Positions 13,101 through 25,100 of a stretch of 64,000 bases of DNA are shown here, one piece after another. The stretch comes from Octopus vulgaris (taxonomy: Eukaryota), in assembly GCA_951406725.2 (NCBI GenBank), contig OX597815.1, forward strand, positions 175,026,001 through 175,090,000. Reading direction: 5' to 3'. The notes beneath the pieces are model-generated. The model ran no database searches. It was not told the origin of the DNA and saw nothing but the letters and a program-made list of their open reading frames with translations. The position numbers and the translations under genes were made by a program. How positions within the stretch are numbered: the first letter of the stretch is position 1; every line of letters starts with the position of its first letter.

Positions 13101-16100
13101 TATTTCTTGCTTTGTTTAATAGATTTTATGTAAAAGGGGAGATCTGAGTTTGATACTTTAAGTTGAAGAAACACTTTTGTAATATTCTTGCTATCTATAG
13201 CACTGAACTATGCCTCATGTTGAAGGCTGGGGAGGGTTGTTTCTCAATTTACCAGGTTGAGTAAAAAATAAGCAACATTTTGAACCATGAAGGATTTGTT
13301 CCAAATTTTTGAGGAGTTTTGAATTTTTTTTAACATTTTTTTTGCAATTGTCTGATAATACAGATATAGACTTGCCCAAATGCATCAATAAATTAACATT
13401 GATATTTTTTTCACTGTTGTTACAATCATCTGAAATGGAACTGTCAAAGTGTGATATTCAAGCAATTTTGCTATTCGACTTCAAAAAAGGACATAGAGAA
13501 GATGAAACTGCTTGTGATATCAACGGAACATTTGATGAGGAAATGAATGGTGAGTGGTCGGTTTGAAAATGGTTTAAATGATTTCACAGTGGAGAGCTGA
13601 GCCTTGAAGATCTTGAGCGTAGTGGACGTCTATCTGTCATCGATGACGGTCCATTAAAGACCATCAGTGAGAAAGATCCACATAAAACTACTCAAGAACT
13701 AGCTGCAACTATTTGCATGCAATTGGAAAATCAAAAAAGCTTGACAAATGGGTACCACATGATTTGAATGGAAATAAGAAAATGTACAAATATGAAATTT
13801 GCTTGTCATTTCTTCTCCATAACCCAACCAATCCAATCCTCGACCGTATTGTAACTTGTGATGAAAAGAGGATTCTGTACAATCATAAAAAACGTTCTTT
13901 GCAGTGGTTGGACCAAAATGAAGCACAAAAAACCTTCCCTAAACTTTGAAAAAGGAGGTTATGGTGACTGTTTGGTAGTGTACTGCTGGACTTATCTTCT
14001 ATAACTTCTTAAAACCCAGACAAACCATTACTGCAGAAACATTGCCATGAAATTGCCAAAATAAACGCAAAACTGCTATTCCTGTGTCCCAGACTGGTCA
14101 ACAGAAGAGGGCCAATCATTCTTCATGACAATGCTCGACCACATGTTTCATTAATGACGCTCCAGAAGTTGAGGAAACTTGGCTAAGTTCTTCCCCACCC
14201 AGCTTATTCCTCCAGACTACCGACTACCACTTTTTCAAGCACCTTGATGGTTTCCTGTGAGAGAAGGAGTTCAAAAATCAAACCAATGCTGAAAGTGTGT
14301 TCAAAAAGTTCATTAGATCCAGAACTCCAGATTTTTATGTTACCAGAATAAACTTGTAACTCATTAGCTAAAATGTATTGATTGTAATGGTACTTACTTT
14401 GATGAATAAAATTTCCGCATTCATCATCATCATTTAACGTCCATTTTCCATGCTGGCATGGGTTGGACAGTTTGACTGAGGACTGGCAAGCCTGGTGGCC
14501 ACACCAGGCTCCAATCTGATGTGGCAAGGTTTCTACAGCTGGATGTCCTTCCTAACGCCAACCACTCCAAGCATGTAGTGGGTGCCTTTTATGTGCCACC
14601 AGCACGGGGAGCCAGTCAAGCAGCATTGGCAATGACCCACGCATGAACGGTGCTTATTGCGTGCCACCAGCATAGGAGCCAGTCAGGTGGCACTGGCATC
14701 GACCACAACTATAATTTTTGCTTGGTTTTCGTTTACTTGACTCAATTTGTTGAAATATATTGTGATGAACTTCATTTAGAAAAGTTGCTTCCTTTTTACT
14801 CAACCTGATAGTATTACTAATAAATACCTGATGTGTATTGTTTATATCTCCACTGTAGTTCACTGCATGAAGGCGCATGGCTCAGTGGTTAGAGCGTTGA
14901 GCTTACGATCGTCAGGTTGTGAGCTCGAATCCCAGACCGGGCTGCGTGTTGTGTTCTTGAGCAAGGCACTTTATTTCACGTTGCTCCAGTTCACTCAACT
15001 GTAGAAATGAGTTGCGACATCACTGGTGCCAAGCTGTATCGACCTTTGCCTTTCCCTTGGATAACATCAGTGGTGTGGAGAGGGGGAGGCTGGTATGCAT
15101 GGGCGACTGCTGGTCTTCCATAAACTACCTTGCCCGGACTTGTGCCTGGGAGGGTAACTTTCTAGGTGCAATCCCATGGTCATTCATGACCGAAGGGGGT
15201 CTTTTAGTTCACTGCATGTCCACAGGTGGTGTTGTATGTACCATGCGTTACATGTTTTATTTGCACCATATTTGTTAGTGGTGATACCAAACTTTTGAGA
15301 GATTCTCTGCTTATTTGGCTTCGAGTTACCCTTAGCAGTGGCTACTACAGGTAAGAGAACTGAGGGCATCAGTGGTAATGACAAACATGAACACCAATCC
15401 ATGTCGATCTAAGATAAAGGAGATCTGTTGAGAAAAATAGACCCACATGTTTGAGTACATTGGTATGTGATATCTATAGTATTGGTTCATTTTCTGTTTA
15501 TGGTATTGAGAAGCAAAGACATAAAAATATTGAAGCTTTGTGCAAACACTGATCTGAAGAAAGATCATTAGAAAACCTAGGAAAGATGGTGAGTGTACTG
15601 ATGCTGCTCAAGTGATGATGGAATGGTTTCAATGTATGGCAGATGTATAATTATCTGGTTAGAGGTGTACTGATGAATTATTCCTTGACCATGAATGGTT
15701 TGGCAAAATAGTTAATCTGCCAAAGCTCTGGAACCAAGGATAGAAACTCAATGGTGTACTGGTATAAGAAGAAATGATGACAGAGGCTGGATGTTTGCTA
15801 TGAGTTTTTTACTCTCTCTCTCAACTGTTTATTTTGCAGTATAAATAGATTTGAAGAAAATATGGCAAGTAGATCTGTCCCTTGTTGCTGCAGTTATCTC
15901 ACAAGTGATAGTACCAACTTTCAAAGCTTTATTCTCACTGAATTGAGACAAATGGAGAAATCTAGTTTTCAGGGCTCCAACAGCCTTTGCTTTCATGAGA
16001 AAATAAAAAGAGTAGAAAAATGCTGAAGTTAATATCAGTGACATCAACAATGATGATAGTTTTAACATTAGAATTTTGGCTTCATTTCAAGAACTAAACT

Positions 16101-19100
16101 GTTTTTTCCTTTGTTAGGGCCACCAGCGGAAAGTTCTGGAAGGTATTATGGATTTCTTTATTGAAAGAGATAATGTGCTTCGAGAACAGGACAAAAACAT
16201 GTGAGTTATTTTTCTCTTGCAGGTTGCTATTGTTTATCTAGATTCAGGTCAACACTAATCAAACACACCTACAAGCTGAGCTTATCACCATCCTGTCTTA
16301 AGGATACAGAGAACTACATTTATCCTATGTTATTTTTCCTTCAAACGGTGTGATTTGAGGGAGATTTGACTGCTGTTTTAAGCAAGTCAAGTAACTACAT
16401 AGAGGTTCCCTTGTTAGATGATCATTTGTCAGTGTTGTCCTGGGGTTCTAAATATTGATACTTGTCTCCAAAATGTTTTGCGTTCAAAAGCTACTGGGGT
16501 TGATAAAATAAGAACTAACTGAATCCTGGGATCAATGTAATCACCTGAGCTGCTTCCCTGAACCCTGCTGGCCTTATGCCAAAATTTGAAGCCAATATAC
16601 TTTCTATTTATTGTATCAGAGTCTTTCGTTTTACATTTACAATCTGTTCAATGTTATTATATCTTATTGCATCACCTGTAATGGTTGTTTTGTTTTATCT
16701 TTTTACAAGAGACAGCATGGATCTAAGTGAGGAACTGATTAACAAGAGCACATTACGCAATATAGAAGGGACAGTCATTTTCCATTCCGTGTATGCACTG
16801 AAACAGGATAATAATCTGATGAAAGAATTCGTTAAATTTCTTAAGGTAAGTCTCAAACATCATTAATACTATTTTAACACTGACAAATGTTTTGATGGCT
16901 CTGCAATACAGTACCTCTCTGTACTCTCTCTTCTGTTTTATGTTGCTCTTGTACTGTACTCTCCACTGCCATCTTGGAGTACATTTTCACCTAGAGTGTC
17001 TCACATACACATTACATGTATAAAACATATTTGCTCAGTGCCTCTGGTTACTTCCAATTTTATAAGGAAGATGTGTTTCAATAATTAAAAGAATGTAAAT
17101 TAATACATTTAATTATATCCATTAAAATTAATATCTAAAAAAATTTTTTTTTCAGATGGAACTGCAAACAATAACAATGAAGTCTTTGACTCCTTTTGTG
17201 CTGGCTATGTCTTTGACCATTGGTCAAGTATTTCGCTTTAAAGATCAAGTAAGTTTATATTTTACATCTTTCATTCATTAAGGAGCAGAGCCAATGGTAA
17301 GGGTGTCTGTCTGTCTGTCTTAGCCATCGTGCTTTACACTCTCTACCGTGTAATGTTGTTTGGAAATAGGGCACTCAGTGCACCCATGAAGCTTTACTTG
17401 ATGACAAACAGGCAGATTTGAAGCAAAGTTGACATGAAAAAGAGAGGCTAAGTCCCTAAAGAGGTCACTGATGGTCAAAGCAGAGACACTCACACACACA
17501 CACCTGCAAGCAGACTTGAATACGTATACCCATCTACATGCACACACACACACACATCTTCCGCTTCCTTGATTCTTCCCCTTCCCTCATAAGTGACCAC
17601 ACTTCCATACCCTCTACATGTACATAGACACTGGACTAATTCTCAGATTCAAAGCAGACCTGCAGAAGAGAGGTTTGCATTCATTGATGAGGAGGTCAAC
17701 AATAGCAATAAGAGGAAATTGAAAAATGGTTGTTTGATCAACGGATTAAACGAGCGATTGATTAATTAGTTGCTAGCATAACTAACCAAGTGACAAACAA
17801 TAAATGAGCAAAATCGAACCAGTCAGGGTTTAATATCATTACCTCCGCCTTAGCGAAGGCAGAGGTACTGTTTTCAGTTGTTTCTTTGTTTGTCTGTGGA
17901 CAAGATATCTCAAGAACTGCTGGATGGATTCAGATGAAACTTTCAGGGATGTTTGGCCTTGTGGCTGGTGCGAGCTGATTAGATTTTGGGATTGATCTGG
18001 TACCAGACAAGGATTCTGGATTATTTTTCCTGTATTTTACTTAATATTTGAGAGTGGTCAGGTTCATTTTTAGTATTCTCGTTTGTGAGAGCAGTCGACT
18101 TTATTTCAGATATTCTCATTTTAAAAATCATCCCTGGCTAATCGTTGAGAGGGGATGTTGGTGTTGCCTTGGCAGAGGTTTGCGCTGTCTAAGTATTCTT
18201 GTTGTGATTATTATTATTATTGACATAATGACCCTCCCTAGATACAATATAATTTTAGAGGCTCTTGTACAATTATGCTTCCATAAACAATAAATGGTTA
18301 AGTGAAATAAAATTATTAAAATTTAACTTTACATATTTTAATCAGTGGTCTGTAAAGTTGGTTAAAAAATGAAATATTGACTCTCCAAAAAGATGCAGTA
18401 CTCAATAAATAATTGGAAACATTGCTGTAGATATTGAGTTCAACATGAAGTCAGTTGTTAATACAGTAGCCACTATATGCAATTCTTTAACCCTATCACA
18501 CCATGTTTCTAGTTTAACAGGAATAGCCTAGATGTAATCTCTACCAGATTCCCATTAAAGCGGTTATAAAGAGAGACACACATGTAGAAGAAGATAAAAT
18601 ACTAAAAATAGACAACCTATCAATTACAACTTCTTAGTCAAATGTGTTAGCAACTCACTATTAATGGTGTTCCTCCATAACTGTTTTTATTGAAAAAAAT
18701 ACGAATTTATATGGGAAGAACCTAGCAGATGAGGAAATTATTGATGATGTTTATTCTTCAGACAAAGAGTTTATCCTTAGGCAGGCAATGAGATTGATTT
18801 GGACAATCAGACTGGTGAATATGATGAGAAAAGTAGTGATTCGGGTGAACAAATACAATAGTTGAGAAGTAAGCAATCATTACTCTTGAGCTGTCAATGC
18901 AACTATTTATTTTTTTTAGTCAAGAGCCCAAGGGGAGGGGGGATGTTAGACAGGCATTCAGGGTCTGAGAGGGTTGACCAATGCCTGTACACAGAATCCA
19001 TAGCAAGATAGACGGATGCTTTGGTCAGAGACTAAGTCATTCACCAAGTTTAGGTGTTGGTCTCGGTGTCTTCTCGTTGGTTTCCCCTCAGTACTTTTTC

Positions 19101-22100
19101 AAATCAAATAATTTTTATTATTGAGGTTGGCAGATTGGTAGAGGGTTGTGGTTCTAACTCTGCCTTGTTCCTCCTTCACTTTCAGTGGATGATCAAACGA
19201 AGCACCAATTAAATACTGGGGTTCATTATACCCTTCCTGAGCATCAGATACTTAGTGCCATACTTTAGAAATCAATATGGTCACCGATGGCCAGGTATCC
19301 ATTGCCTCTCTTCTACAGCAGCACACCTGTTTTTGCCCTCATTTTTGATCACTCTCTCTCTCTCTCTGAGTAACCATCTACCTCCTTTACAGCAAGACAC
19401 CTGTTTGTCTCTCTCTGTCTCATATTATAACCTTTCATCACCTGACAGCAAGATCACTTCCTCCTCACTTCTCAAAGGTTCCTTGTCTTGCAAGCTGCTT
19501 GATGACCCCACCAGTGCTGGTCCCACTTAAAAAGCATCCAGTCCACACTGTAAGGGCATCCAGTTGTAAAACCCATGCCAAAACTGACCTTGCCTATGCT
19601 GGTGCCATGTAAAAAGCACTCAGCCCAATCTGCAGTGGGGTTGGTGTTGTTAGGAAGGGCATCCAGTTGTAAAAACCGTGCTGAAGCAGACACAGAAGTC
19701 TGGTGTAGTTAAATGACGATGACGATGATGATGATGATGATGACTGTTATCAAAAATGTAACACTGTTTGCTTAACTGACAACAGCTTTCTGTTTTTGAA
19801 TGGTTTCTATGATGAATGGTACTCATTAAAAAAATCAAAGCAAATCAAACCAAACAAAATAAAAACAAACAATTCCATCCATGAAATAAAGGGGTTTTTT
19901 TTTCTTTTCCCAATTGAGGTTTTGTTATTTTACTCAACAATTTAACTATGTGAAATTTTGAAAAAAAAAGTTTTGTTAATTTTTTTTTTCCTTGGAAATT
20001 AACAGATCTTTACTTTGCTAAAGAGCATTATCCTGAAGAGCTTCAGTGATGCTGAACAACAGCAGCGATGTACATGGCTACACGAGAATATTGTTATTGT
20101 TCCTAAGCTTGATAGATTTGTCCTGGAAGTCATAGAAAACAGGTAAACTCTAAGTCTTTTCTTTATCGACACATTTATTGATTAGTTAGAACTGGTTTCT
20201 TGTAAATTATGAGCAGTCTTCAAAATATAAGGTATGAGTGTGGGGTTGAGAAGTTCTCTTCACAAGGACATTGTTGTTGGTTTGATCCCACTGGACAGCC
20301 ACTTGCCTTGGGCAAATCCACTTCTTTATGCAACTGTCCTCGTCTCAACACATCATATGACCAAACCAGTGAAGTCTTCTCTCTTGTGCACTACACCTGA
20401 TACCTCTTGTACCTGATGTTTCTCTATACATTTGCACTTTGTTATGCATGAACACTAGCGTTGTACATTCAGCAGAGCATACTGGCTTCATTCCTTTCTA
20501 GTCTTTGCATGTCTCTTCTTAATACACTAGTGTTCTGTGGCACATGCACACCAACGTTGCACATCCACCCAAACATACTAGCTTCATTCCTTTCTGGTCT
20601 TTGCATGTCCTCTGCATTCAGGACCAGTGTCTCACTACCATGGAGCATTACTGTGTGTGCACAAGCATCATACAATCTGCCTTTCATTTGGACAGAGAGA
20701 GAGAAAGAGAGAGAGAGAGGGAAGCTTTTTGTTTCCAACAGAGATAATAACTCTTGGAGTTTTTCCATCTTATTCTTATCACAGTAAATACATTTTCAGA
20801 ACATTCTCTTCCACTGTTAATTAGATCACCTAGGTAACAGAAATTATTTACTCCATGGCATTTGCGAAAATCAATTTCCTTTGTAATTTTAGACTTTATG
20901 GCAACTGTGCCTCTTCTACATACAAAAACTTTCTTCATTAAATTTCCTATTATTCCACTGCACCTCTTGCCATTACTGCTCACTTTTTGGTTTCCTGACA
21001 AATTTCCTATGTCCATCTTTCATTATGTGTGTGTGTGTGTCTCCATGCGTATCTGTAAATATTTGCAAAACTGCTCTCAACTATGGTATAGTGACATCAT
21101 CATCTCACCTATAAATGGTGATGGTATCACTTGTTGTTGGGCTGCAACAAGTGTCTACTAGTTCAGCGCTTTCAAATTCCTCTGGAATACAAAATTCCTT
21201 CTTGAAAAACAGATAAAAGTTGACATTCAGCCATAAAAATCCTGTCTAAGGTTTACTCTTGTCTCATCCATTCTGGCATGGAAAAATATGCTAAATGGAA
21301 TGAATGAATGTGTGTGTGTGTGTGTGTAGTCCAATCCATGCCAGGATGGACAAATGTCATTAAATGATTCTCTCTCTCTGTATATATATAATAAAACAAA
21401 AAGTTAAATTCTGATTATGAAGTTACGAAAAGGTTTCATATCCATGAGCATCAGTCTTGTGGACAGCTCATCAGACTCTATACAAAGACAAAACTTTTGG
21501 TAAATCTATGACCTGAATTTAACTTTATGTTTTAATAATTACTGCCCTATTCTTTAGAGTGTGTTTCTTTTTCTGATATATGCTTTATTGACTATTACAC
21601 ACATCCACATGCACACACACAATCTTTTATGAAGATTGGAATCACTGATGTCATGAAGATGTCCATTTGGCATTGCTATCCTGGCTTTCAGCATTATAAT
21701 AGATGCAGGACCATAATGAATTGAATAGTGACTGAACAACTTTAGGTATTTTGGAGACAGGAAACCTTTAAGAAAATGTGGGTGTTGCTTAGCCCTAGGT
21801 CAGCCTTAATTGAGCAAACCTACAACAAAGATATTCCTGCCATAACAACGCAGTATTATTTTCAGACAGTGTATGCATGTATGTGTCCTTTTTTAAAGCT
21901 AGTTTGATTTGAGGGGAATTTGACTGCTATTTCTCTCAAAACAAAGGCTTGATACAGAAGATTGTATTAAAACAAATCAGAAAATGACAAAATGTTCAAC
22001 AAAATGACAAAATGTTCAACAAAATGACTTCGAAATATTTTTTATAAAAATGATTTTAAGAATAGCGGCAGACAATTATGAAATATAACCATGTCAAAAA

Positions 22101-25100
22101 TATTTCACAGAAATTAGCAGTTTTCTCTTTATTGTATGTCAGATGATTTCAAGCTGTTGAATAGTCATATCAACCATGATACTATGGCAAAACAGACAAA
22201 CAACAGAATAAGAAGGATAACATTCTATGGATATGTAATTGATATATATACTTCTAAAATTATCATATTTCTCTATATGGGTATTGTTCTACATTTATTC
22301 AGCACTTCTGGATGGGACAACGTTGTGCCTGGCTTAGTACAACTTGGGTTTATTTTGATGGATTCTTTTGGACCTAAAAGTTCCTTTGGGCGTGTTGAAG
22401 GTATAGCTTTAAATCAACCTGTCTTACACCAAAAAGCCTGCAATTTAGGCCTTCAAATACTCCTACAAACATTCAAGGTAAGAATCATTCTCCCCTGCAC
22501 ACACACACCAGCTCTTGATTTTAATGTAAATGGTTTTTTCATATAAAAAAAAAAAATTAAATTTCAATTTGTTTATTCTGTTGCTTAGATGTTCATTATC
22601 TGGTTGTCCATATTGTTTCCTGTCTTCTTGTCTTTTCATGTACAGCTTTGGTTGTAGATGGGACATTGAAATATTTTAGGTTTGGGCACCAGTGTAACTC
22701 TGCATGCTTCTTTCTCATTTCTGGTAATGCTGAGCACCCACAAACACACACATGCCAACAATGAGAATATCAAAGTAGAAATGTCTTTTGTTCTTCTTGA
22801 AAGTAATTTTCAGATGGTCCTTGAACTGCTTCTTTGGCCCTCCAGAGTAGCTTTAATAATGGTCTAAATGGCCATACATAACCCTGCAAAGGAGTCACAG
22901 GCATGACATTTGTTCTTCATATCCAAACCATCTTGACTAGAACTGTATAATATAGATTCAGTAATGTATAGGTATAGTATAGATTGAATACTGTGTGGCA
23001 TAGATTGCTCTATATTTGGGAGATGAGGAATTATGTGCATTATTTACATTTGATATACTCTCCAGCCTTCTTCAGGTGTCTTGGGGAAATTTTGAATCTG
23101 GGTTCTCATTCCTAAGGTATTTTTTGATGTTATTATTAGCATGGGATGGAGTACATGCAGTCTTTGGTCATATTCTCTTCTGTTGGTGGTATTACTCAAA
23201 GGAGATATTTGTAAAGTGTTGTATTACTCTTGAACACTGTCCTGATGTTATATGGGCCGCATATCTTTTGTATCTTTTCGGAGAGGCTGTTCACATTGGG
23301 TAGACAGACTGTGGTCAGTTTAGGGGTTTCATCTTCTCTTTTCTTCATAATTGGAGTGGATGAAACCCCTAAACTAACCACAATCTGTCTCCCCTATGTG
23401 AAAGGCCTCTCTGAAAAGATATGCAGCCCATATGACAGCAGGACAGTGTTCAAGAGTAATACAGCACTCTACAAATATCTCCTTCGAGTAATACCACCAA
23501 CAGAAGAGAATATGACCAAAGGCTGCATGTATTCCATTCCATGCTGCAGTGGTAGGTTATACAAAGGTAAAACATGCTGTCCCCTCAAAATAAGGGTAGA
23601 GGACCATTGCAAGTCTGTGACATGAGGCGATATTAATAAATTGGGTATAGCTGATCATGTATGGGAAAACAGAACACCACTAGAAAATAAGAAAACTAAA
23701 AGAAGCAGCACATATGCTAGGACACAACAACCTCCTAAGCAGATTGGGTGCAGATATGAGCAGCATATGGAAACCGTTATTAAGGAAGGATAGGAAAATA
23801 TTAGACTTATAAGCCCTAAAATTCACTCCATAATTGCTGATGGGCATATAGCATAGTGGTTAAGAGCACGGGCTACTAACCTAACCCCAAGATTCCGAAT
23901 TTGATTCCAGGCAGTGACCTGAATAATAATAATAATAATGATGATGATAATAATAATAATGATAATAACAACAACATCGAAAAATACCTTAGGAATGAGA
24001 ACCCAGGTTCGAAATTTCCCCAAGACACCTAATGAAGGCTAGAGAGTATATCAGCTGAAAGTTGTTAACAACAAACAAGATGGGGACAAATATCCGTCAA
24101 ATGTAAATATTGTAGTTTCAATATTGTACAGATGTTATATGGATTTAATATTGTACAGATGTTATATAGGTTCAGTGTTGCTGGTGTTGCTTCAGTAGAG
24201 AATTTTTTGCATTATCTCACCAGTTGACTGAAAGGATCTTCTAGAGACACTTGAAGTCTCCCATTGAAACCTTTTTATATCTCACAACTTAGAATTGAAA
24301 AGAACATCTGTTTGTCAAACTTAAGTTATAATAATTCCAGGAGATTTAATTTCCATGTTCTTCTTGAATTTGTTATGTGTTTCTTACCCTATTGGAAAGA
24401 ATGGAACTCAGCACTGTTTGTCAGTTTCACAGTGTTACATGTGCTACTTTCTTAGAGCTAATCTAGATGGATCCTCGATGTTCTGAGTTCAAATCTTGTA
24501 CACAGCAACCTTGCCTTTCATTCTTCTGATGTCAATAGAATTCCTGAGATTATGTAATCACCTATACCCCATAAACTAGGGTCAAATGACTGAAAACAGC
24601 AAAAAAATAAAATGATTTTAATTACCTTTTTCTTCAAATTTTATTCAGACAATATGTTTGGGTTTATTTTAAGGTACAGTATAATGCTGTCAGGGAAAAT
24701 ATTCTGGATATGATATTTACCAGGATTGGCTCATCAGAATCGAAACCCATTACTCATATTCTAGGTATATTGTAGTTGTTTTTTACCTTTTCCTATCATT
24801 TTCTTCTTTTCTTTTATGTTCTTTCTTTCTTTTAAATGAGGGAACGACAGAAAAAGTCTTATGTCTCTACAATTTTGTCCCTCCTCATTCTGAGTTTTAA
24901 TTCTATTGAAGCTGACCCTGTTCTTCATCCTTCCAGGATTCATGAAAAGAGTACATCATCATCATCATTGTTTAATGTCCGTTTTTCCATGCTGGCATGG
25001 GTTGGACGGTTTGACTGAGGTCTGGAGAGCCAGTGGCTGCACCAGGCTCCAATCTGATCTGGCAATGTTTCTACAGCTGGATGTCCTTCCTAATGCCAAC

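Noticed and set aside
13435-14409. Active or domesticated (SETMAR-like) transposase
   Set aside because: Multiple stops, frameshifts and deletions, and no SET domain.
14872-14940. tRNA gene (also 47311-47385 and 23842-23918)
   Set aside because: A and B boxes are present but there is no proper acceptor stem. They continue into repeat bodies, two with TSDs, so they are SINE-type heads.
22442-22455. 14-mer shared between exon 8 and the 54463 hairpin
   Set aside because: Matches of this length are expected by chance in 64 kb of AT-rich DNA.
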